From the NCBI GenBank assembly GCA_963721525.1, contig CAVRJL010000015.1, forward strand, positions 163,672 through 227,671: a stretch of 64,000 bases of DNA, in the 5' to 3' direction. Both the position numbers and the translations under genes were made by a program. Under the pieces are notes generated by a model. It was given only the letters and a program-made list of their open reading frames with translations. It was not told where the DNA came from and ran no database searches. Each line of letters begins with the position of its first letter. Position 1 is the stretch's first letter. Positions 58,464 to 64,000 of this stretch are shown here, piece after piece. Origin of the DNA: an uncultured Negativicutes bacterium. Its GTDB lineage: Bacteria > Bacillota > Negativicutes > JBAXTZ01.

Positions 58464-58813
58464 CAGCCAACAGGGTTTTGGCGGAGGGAGTTCACGGTAT
58501 CCCCCTTGCGGAAAGCCTCGATTTCATCCAGAAATGTACGGGCTGCCAGTACCGATTTATATTCGGGCCCCATACTCATAAAAATCCGGACCCATTTTCT
58601 GTCCATTCTTTCCAAGCGGATATTCCGGTATAAAATCCAGCTCAGCCAGCAAAATAAAAGGGCAATCGGGAATGCAATGAACCAAAAATAGGGGTCACCC
58701 GATGCTATCCAATGACTATTCCAGTACCAGGTGGTATAAAAGGGCAACTGTAACCAGGCAAAGCGTGTTGCCCCAAGAGTTGAAATTTGCAGCCCCGTCA
58801 ATTTTTGCTGCAA
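58460..58813 (-). CDS. Hypothetical membrane protein, 3' fragment cut by a junction
   Basis: LQLPFYTTWYW followed by a TM helix; Bacteroidota-like composition; no native start visible. Confidence 0.55.
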   Translation of the reverse strand: MQQKLTGLQISTLGATRFAWLQLPFYTTWYWNSHWIASGDPYFWFIAFPIALLFCWLSWILYRNIRLERMDRKWVRIFMSMGPEYKSVLAARTFLDEIEAFRKGDTVNSLRQNPVGC

Positions 58814-58856
58814 CTCGGCTACCGGCTTAATCCCGAATCCGCAATCCGCAATTCAC

Positions 58857-60655
58857 ATGAGACGCACCCATCACTGCAACCAATTGCGTCCCGCTCACGC
58901 CGGCCAATCCGTCGTCCTCTCCGGCTGGGTCCATTCCCGCCGCGACCTCGGCGGCCTCATCTTTATTGACATCCGCGACCGCGAAGGCCGCACCCAGACC
59001 GTCTTCGATCCCTCCGATTTGCCCCGCGAACTGTTCGACCGCGCCGCCTCCCTCCGCAGCGAATGCGTCGTCACCGTCCAGGGCAAGGTCCGCGCCCGCC
59101 CCGCCGGCACCAACAATCCAAAAATTGCCACCGGCGAAATCGAAGTCGCCGCCTCCGCCCTCGAAGTCCTCAACATGGCCGAGGTCCTTCCCTTTCCCGT
59201 GGACGACCCGGAAATCGCCCGCTCCGTCAACGAGGAACTCCGCCTCCAATATCGCTACCTGGACCTGCGCCGCCCCGAAATGGCCCGCAACCTCCGCCTC
59301 CGCAGCCAGGTCGCCGCCGCCACCCGCCTCTACATGGACGAACAGGGCTTCATCGAAGTCGAGACCCCCATTCTTTTCAAATCCACCCCGGAAGGCGCGC
59401 GCGAATTCCTCGTCCCCAACCGCCGCGACCCGGGCACCTTTTACGCCCTTCCACAATCGCCCCAGCAATTCAAACAAATGCTCATGGTCGCCGGCCTCGA
59501 ACGCTATTACCAAATCGCCCGCTGCTTCCGCGACGAAGACCAGCGCGCCGACCGCCAGCTCGAATTCACCCAACTCGACCTCGAAATGAGCTTCATCGAG
59601 CGCCAGGACATCTACGACCTCGTCGAAGGCCTCCTCCAGCGCCTCTGGAAACTCGCCCTCAACCTGGACGTGCCCGCCCCCTTCCCGCGCTTTTCCTTCG
59701 CCGACGCCCTCAACCGCTGGGGCAGCGACAAGCCCGACACCCGCTTCGGCATGGAACTGGCCGATTTCACCGAAGAATTTCGCGCCAGCAAATTCAAAGT
59801 CTTCAGCGGCGCCGTTGCCGCCGGCGGCGTTGTCAAGGCCCTCAATGTCAAGGGCCTGGCCGACGCCACCCAGGGCCAGATCGAAACCATGACCGACTAC
59901 GCCAAGAGCTTCGGCGCTCGCGGCCTGGCCTACATCAAAGTTGAAAACGGCGAATGGAAATCCCCCATCGTCAAATTCTTCAACCCCGCCGAAAAAGCCG
60001 CCCTCGCCCAAAAACTCAAAATCGAGGAAGGCGACTTGATCCTCTTCGCCGCCGACCAATGGCTCAACGCCTGCGAAATCCTCGGCAAAATCCGCCTCTA
60101 CTGCGCCGACATTCTCAAGAGCCAGGGCCGCCTCGCCATTCCCGCCGGCCAATTCAATTTCCTCTGGGTCATCGAATTCCCGCTCCTCGGTTTCGACCGC
60201 GAACAAAACCGCTGGTACTCCAGCCACCATCCCTTCACCGCGCCCGTCGCCGAAGACATTCCCCTCCTGGCCAGCGACCCAAAAAAAGTGCGCGGCCAGC
60301 ACTACGACATCGTCGTCAACGGCGTGGAATTGGGCGGCGGCTCCATCCGCATCCACCAGCCCGAACTCCAGAAAATCATCTTCGAGCAACTCCTGCAAAT
60401 CCCGCCCGACGTGGTCAAAGCCAGATTCGGCTACATGCTCGAAGCCTTCAAATACGGCGCTCCGCCCCACGGCGGCATTGCCCTGGGCTTCGACCGCTGG
60501 TTGCCATGCTTTGCGGCACCTCCAGCATCCGCGACGTCATTGCCTTCCCCAAGACCGCCAAAGGAGCCGACCTGATGACCGACGCTCCCGCCGCCGTGGA
60601 ACCCAAACAACTCCGCGACCTCCACATCGAACTCAAAGCCGCCAAGCCTGGCTGA
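58857..60655 (+). CDS. aspS: Aspartate--tRNA ligase (frameshift near 60500)
   Basis: [74 protein letters not shown]; [10 protein letters not shown] lies in the next frame. Confidence 0.97.
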
Positions 60656-60672
60656 ATGGAAATCAAGAAAGT

Positions 60673-61574
60673 ATGAGCCAGCCCGGACGCAATGATCCCT
60701 GCCCGTGTGGCAGCGGGAAGAGTACAAAGAATGCTGTCTGCCCCGAGACGAAGCGGCGCGGCGCCAGGAGGAGACGGCGCGCCCCCGCTTCAGGACCGAA
60801 GATGGTGAAAAGCCCTATGTCGCTGAATTGCGCCCCGACCTGGATGAGGAGGTGGATCGCTTGCTGCAACGGTTGGAATCGGGCGAGGGCCGCGCGGTGG
60901 AACCAGCGATCAAGGCGCTGCTCGAAAAACATCCCCGCTATCACACGACCCACTATGCGATGGGCGTTTATTTCCTAATGGTTATGAACGACCCGTCCAG
61001 CGCAATCCCTTATTTTGAACGGGCGGTGCAAATTCTTCCGCCTTTTGCAGAGGCTCATTACAATCTGGGAGGCGCCGCCATGCACGCTGGTGACGCCACC
61101 AAAGCGGTTGCGGCCTACCGGGCGGCCGCGCGTTACTCTCAAGCTGGGGATGGAATTGCGGAGAAGGCGCGCAGCCAACTCCACTTCCTTGAAAAGCTCG
61201 TGCTCAAGAATTCGACTTTTCCAACTTTGGATGCGTATATGGCGAACGCAAAGCTGTTTGATGAAGCGTTCGAGTGTCTGGCCCATCAGGACTTCGAGCA
61301 AGCGGTCCAGCTTTTCAATCGCGTCCTGAGCGAGAACCCGACGCATGTGCAATCCTTCGGCAACCTGGCCCTGGCCTACGCCGGACTGGGCAAGCGGGCC
61401 GAGGCGCTGGAGTGTTTCGATCGCGCCCTGGCGCTGGACCCCCGCTATGAGCCGGCCATTGTCAACCGGCGCATCACGGAGCGAATGCGCGAAGGAGAAC
61501 CCTTCATCCCGGACGGCATGAAAGAGGTATATTACTACGCGGAACGACTCAAGGAGGAGAAGCGGGCGAATTGA
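60673..61574 (+). CDS. SEC-C motif + tetratricopeptide repeat protein (frameshift near 60720)
   Basis: GRNDPCPCGSGK / YKECC, then TPRs (AEAHYNLG, QSFGNLALAYAGLG, FDRALALDP). Confidence 0.85.
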
Positions 61575-61575
61575 A

Positions 61576-61695
61576 TGGGCGCATCTTGACACTGCCCCCA
61601 TGCAGTTTTTTTCATTCCCTCGCCCCACGAAGTGGGGAGAGGGTTAGGGAGAGGGGATCGCTCCATCGAACGGGGGCAGTGTCAAGATGCGCCCA
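61576..61695. repeat. 24-bp perfect inverted repeat enclosing a GC-rich palindromic REP-like unit (MITE-like)
   Basis: TGGGCGCATCTTGACACTGCCCCC (61576-61599) / GGGGGCAGTGTCAAGATGCGCCCA (61672-61695); internal CCCTCGCCCCAC-GAA-GTGGGGAGAGGG hairpin. Confidence 0.85.
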
Positions 61696-62292
61696 ATTCC
61701 ATTTCCGCGCGCGGGGTGGACGAGATAAAAGTGGGGGGCTGCTTGAAAAGGAGTCAAACTATAGTATTGGCCTGTACCAGGTGCAAAAGATTGCAGGTCA
61801 AGTATTTATGGCGAAACAAGAATGGCGTATTCCCTGTCCACCGTCCCGTCCTCCGTCCCGTCCACCGTAAGCCCTGTGAAGGTGGAAGGCTCAGCGAAGG
61901 AGGATGGCGAAGGCGGACGTGGTTCAGTTCTTTGCTTGCCGCTCCACCGTGTTGCCCGAAGATCTTTACCATCCCGATTCCGAATCGGGAGATGGCACGG
62001 ATTTCTCTTCCACAGGAGGGCACGGAGGCAACGGAGAAATAACTCTGCGCTCTCTGTGTGCTCCTGTTCAAAAGAGTTTGCCTTAAATTCCTTTGGTTGC
62101 GGGTTTGCTGCGCTGGGCTTCTCTGCGCGGTTCGACGGCTCGACTGAGCTCGCCGAAGTCTGACTCACCGAAGTCCCTTCGCAGCAATCCCGCCCTCCCA
62201 GTGCTTGCAGAATTCACCATTCAAAATTCACTATTCCTAAGTCTCTAACGACCAGGCCCTTGCAACCATCCGCATTTTTTCGCATTTTTCCA

Positions 62293-62321
62293 TTGACATC
62301 AATACTTATCAGCTATATAAT
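62293..62321 (+). promoter_or_regulatory. Perfect-consensus sigma70 promoter
   Basis: TTGACA (62293-62298), 17-bp spacer, TATAAT (62316-62321). Confidence 0.75.
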
Positions 62322-62855
62322 TGCCCGCGTATGGTAAGGAACGTGGTAAGGAACGAATGGACGAATGCGGAAAGGAGGAACGCGGGATGCCCTTCAATGG
62401 CGGCCATGCATTGGGTTCTTCACACGGACTGCCTGCCCTCCGGCCCGTCCTCCAAAGGCCCGGCGAAGGAGGAAGGCTTTGCGGAGGAGGGCGGCCAGGT
62501 CAGATCGCGACAGGACGAAGAAGGGTGTGCCGTTCTTCGGCCTCCACAATTTCTCCTTTCTGCTTTCTGTTTTCCAAATTTCTGCTTTTCTTCCAGGGCC
62601 ACCCCAATCAAGGTCAATAAAGGCAAATTAAGCCAAATTAAGCCAAAAAAATGAGTTTTATGTCACGGCATGGCAAAAAATGGCTGGTTTCGGCGAACTT
62701 CCACCCCGGCTTTTGGACTCAACGCCAGACGCACTCCAAGAACCCAGGCAATTCACTATTCACTATTTTCAATTCACCATTCTGCCCCTGCCCGCCTTTT
62801 TGCGGCAAATAAGTGCCTCTCCATGAACTATTTACACCTCAAACTGAGTTTTTCC

Positions 62856-62892
62856 AATCAACCCTAATCAAGCCTAATCAAACCTAATCAAG
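62856..62892. repeat. Degenerate 10-bp tandem repeat
   Basis: AATCAACCCT AATCAAGCCT AATCAAACCT AATCAAG; a related array lies at ~62606-62648. Confidence 0.8.
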
Positions 62893-63075
62893 TTATTTGC
62901 TTGTGCCTTGACCATGAACAGCCACCCAAACCAATCGCGTCTTCCTGCCAGCCATTCAAATGAGACTGGAGGAAAATGCTCCCCGACAGGCATTTTATGA
63001 ATTGGCCCCGGCGATTTCAATTCCGCGCGCGGAACAGCTTGAAATTGGGCTGCCGTTTTTGTATGGTTCTCCCTC

Positions 63076-63309
63076 ATGCCGAAGGTTTTTGAGAAAGACG
63101 GATACAAATTCGCGTTCTACAGCAACGAGCACCGCCCGATTCACGTCCATGTCCGGTACGGCGGTGGTGAAGCCATATTCGAGGTCGAGAATGAGGTCGA
63201 ACTGCGCGCGTCGCATGGTTTGAAAGTCGGCGAATTGTCCAAGGCGCAATCACTTGCGGAAACGAATAGAGAGATGATAATATTGAAGTGGCATGAATAC
63301 TTTAACTGA
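63076..63309 (+). CDS. DUF4160 domain protein (putative toxin)
   Basis: MPKVFEKDGYKFAFYSNEHRPIHVHV...W.EYF. Confidence 0.85.
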   Translation: MPKVFEKDGYKFAFYSNEHRPIHVHVRYGGGEAIFEVENEVELRASHGLKVGELSKAQSLAETNREMIILKWHEYFN

Positions 63310-63547
63310 CATCGCTCGTTCCGCTGCTTACGTTGATGGTTGGATCGTCATCCGCATGGTCAGCGGCGCGGAGATTCGTTTTCCGGTTGCGGAAAATCCG
63401 CGTCTCGCGTCTGGCACGCCCCAAGAGTTGAATCATATCGAGATTTCCCCGTTCGGTGTCCATTGGCCTGATTTGGACGAGGACCTGTCGCTTCACGGCT
63501 TGCTCGAAGGCAACCACGGCCAGTTTCAGAACATGGCCAAGGTCTGA
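63293..63547 (+). CDS. DUF2442 domain protein (putative antitoxin)
   Basis: [33 protein letters not shown]; overlaps the DUF4160 gene. Confidence 0.87.
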   Translation: MNTLTDIARSAAYVDGWIVIRMVSGAEIRFPVAENPRLASGTPQELNHIEISPFGVHWPDLDEDLSLHGLLEGNHGQFQNMAKV

Positions 63548-63603
63548 ATCGATCAACACTTCGCAATCCACATCGTCATTTTGTCCAATCAAGGTATCTT
63601 CTT

Positions 63604-64000
63604 ATGAACCCAATGACTGCACCCAAAAGCAAGGAAAACGCCTCAGTTCTCAAACCATCCGGCCCGCCCAACCGTCTCGAACAATTGCGCCAGTTCACCC
63701 GCGTGGTGGCCGACACGGGGGATTTTGCCCTGATGAAGGAATTCGCGCCGGAGGACGCCACCACCAACCCCAGCCTCATCCTCAAAGCGGCGCAAAAGCC
63801 GCATTAACCATCCCCTCCTCCAGCAGGCCATCGCCGATGGCAAAAAGGCAGGGAGTTCGACCGGCGACCTCATGCGCCAAATCCTGGTGTTGTTTCGGCT
63901 GTGAGACTTTAAAGGTCGTGCCCGGCCGGGTTTCCACCGAGACCAGCGCCCGGCTGGCCTTTGACACGGCGGCGCTGATTGACGAGGCGCGCGTTTTCAT
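63604..64000 (+). CDS. tal: Transaldolase, partial and frameshifted
   Basis: [17 protein letters not shown]...[13 protein letters not shown], then [15 protein letters not shown] in another frame. Confidence 0.9.

Noticed and set aside
58827-60470. 547-aa minus-strand ORF and other overlapping ORFs
   Set aside because: Antisense or alternate-frame shadows of high-GC aspS.
45878-64000. Many frameshifts (miaB, sigma54 regulator, lptE, GT2, yjjG, batD, aspS, SEC-C protein, tal) as programmed recoding or pseudogenes
   Set aside because: They hit essential genes from several unrelated sources at scattered positions, which is best explained by low-accuracy reads.

Overview
The window is not one genome but a splice of at least five unrelated sequences. 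(1) 1-~45870 is very AT-rich DNA from a diderm Firmicute (Negativicutes-like). Almost every gene is on the minus strand, and long spacers and gene remnants (dgt, probably fabF) suggest a reducing, possibly host-associated genome. It carries housekeeping genes (murI, sepF, yggS, nrdDG, rpoD, dnaG, glyQS, rnhB, pnp, rpsO, tadA, folC, purAB, dut, rnc, acpP, ddl, lplT-aas, pit), tRNA-Ile2 and tRNA-Ser(CGA). It also carries an intact 9-gene catabolic operon at 20254-31127: UraA-type permease, AllH/AllF/AllG-like carbamoyltransferase trio, cyclase-family hydrolase, nitrilase-family amidase and a three-subunit molybdenum hydroxylase. This is the best candidate for a novel system; I infer an anaerobic oxidative uracil -> barbiturate -> ureidomalonate -> carbamoyl-phosphate + malonamate pathway. 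The class III RNR large subunit lacks its glycyl-radical loop. (2) ~45870-50465 is an error-rich FCB-group-like fragment (miaB, SPOR protein, sigma54 activator, lptE, GT2). (3) ~50465-52035 is a high-GC TonB-dependent receptor fragment. (4) ~52035-58820 is a Chitinophagaceae-like fragment (YjjG, SDR, BatD, response regulator, desaturase). (5) ~58820-64000 is a high-GC Verrucomicrobia-like fragment (aspS, SEC-C/TPR, repeat-rich spacer, DUF4160/DUF2442 pair, tal). Taxonomic labels and family assignments come from remembered motifs and were not searched. No CRISPR array or rRNA was seen.
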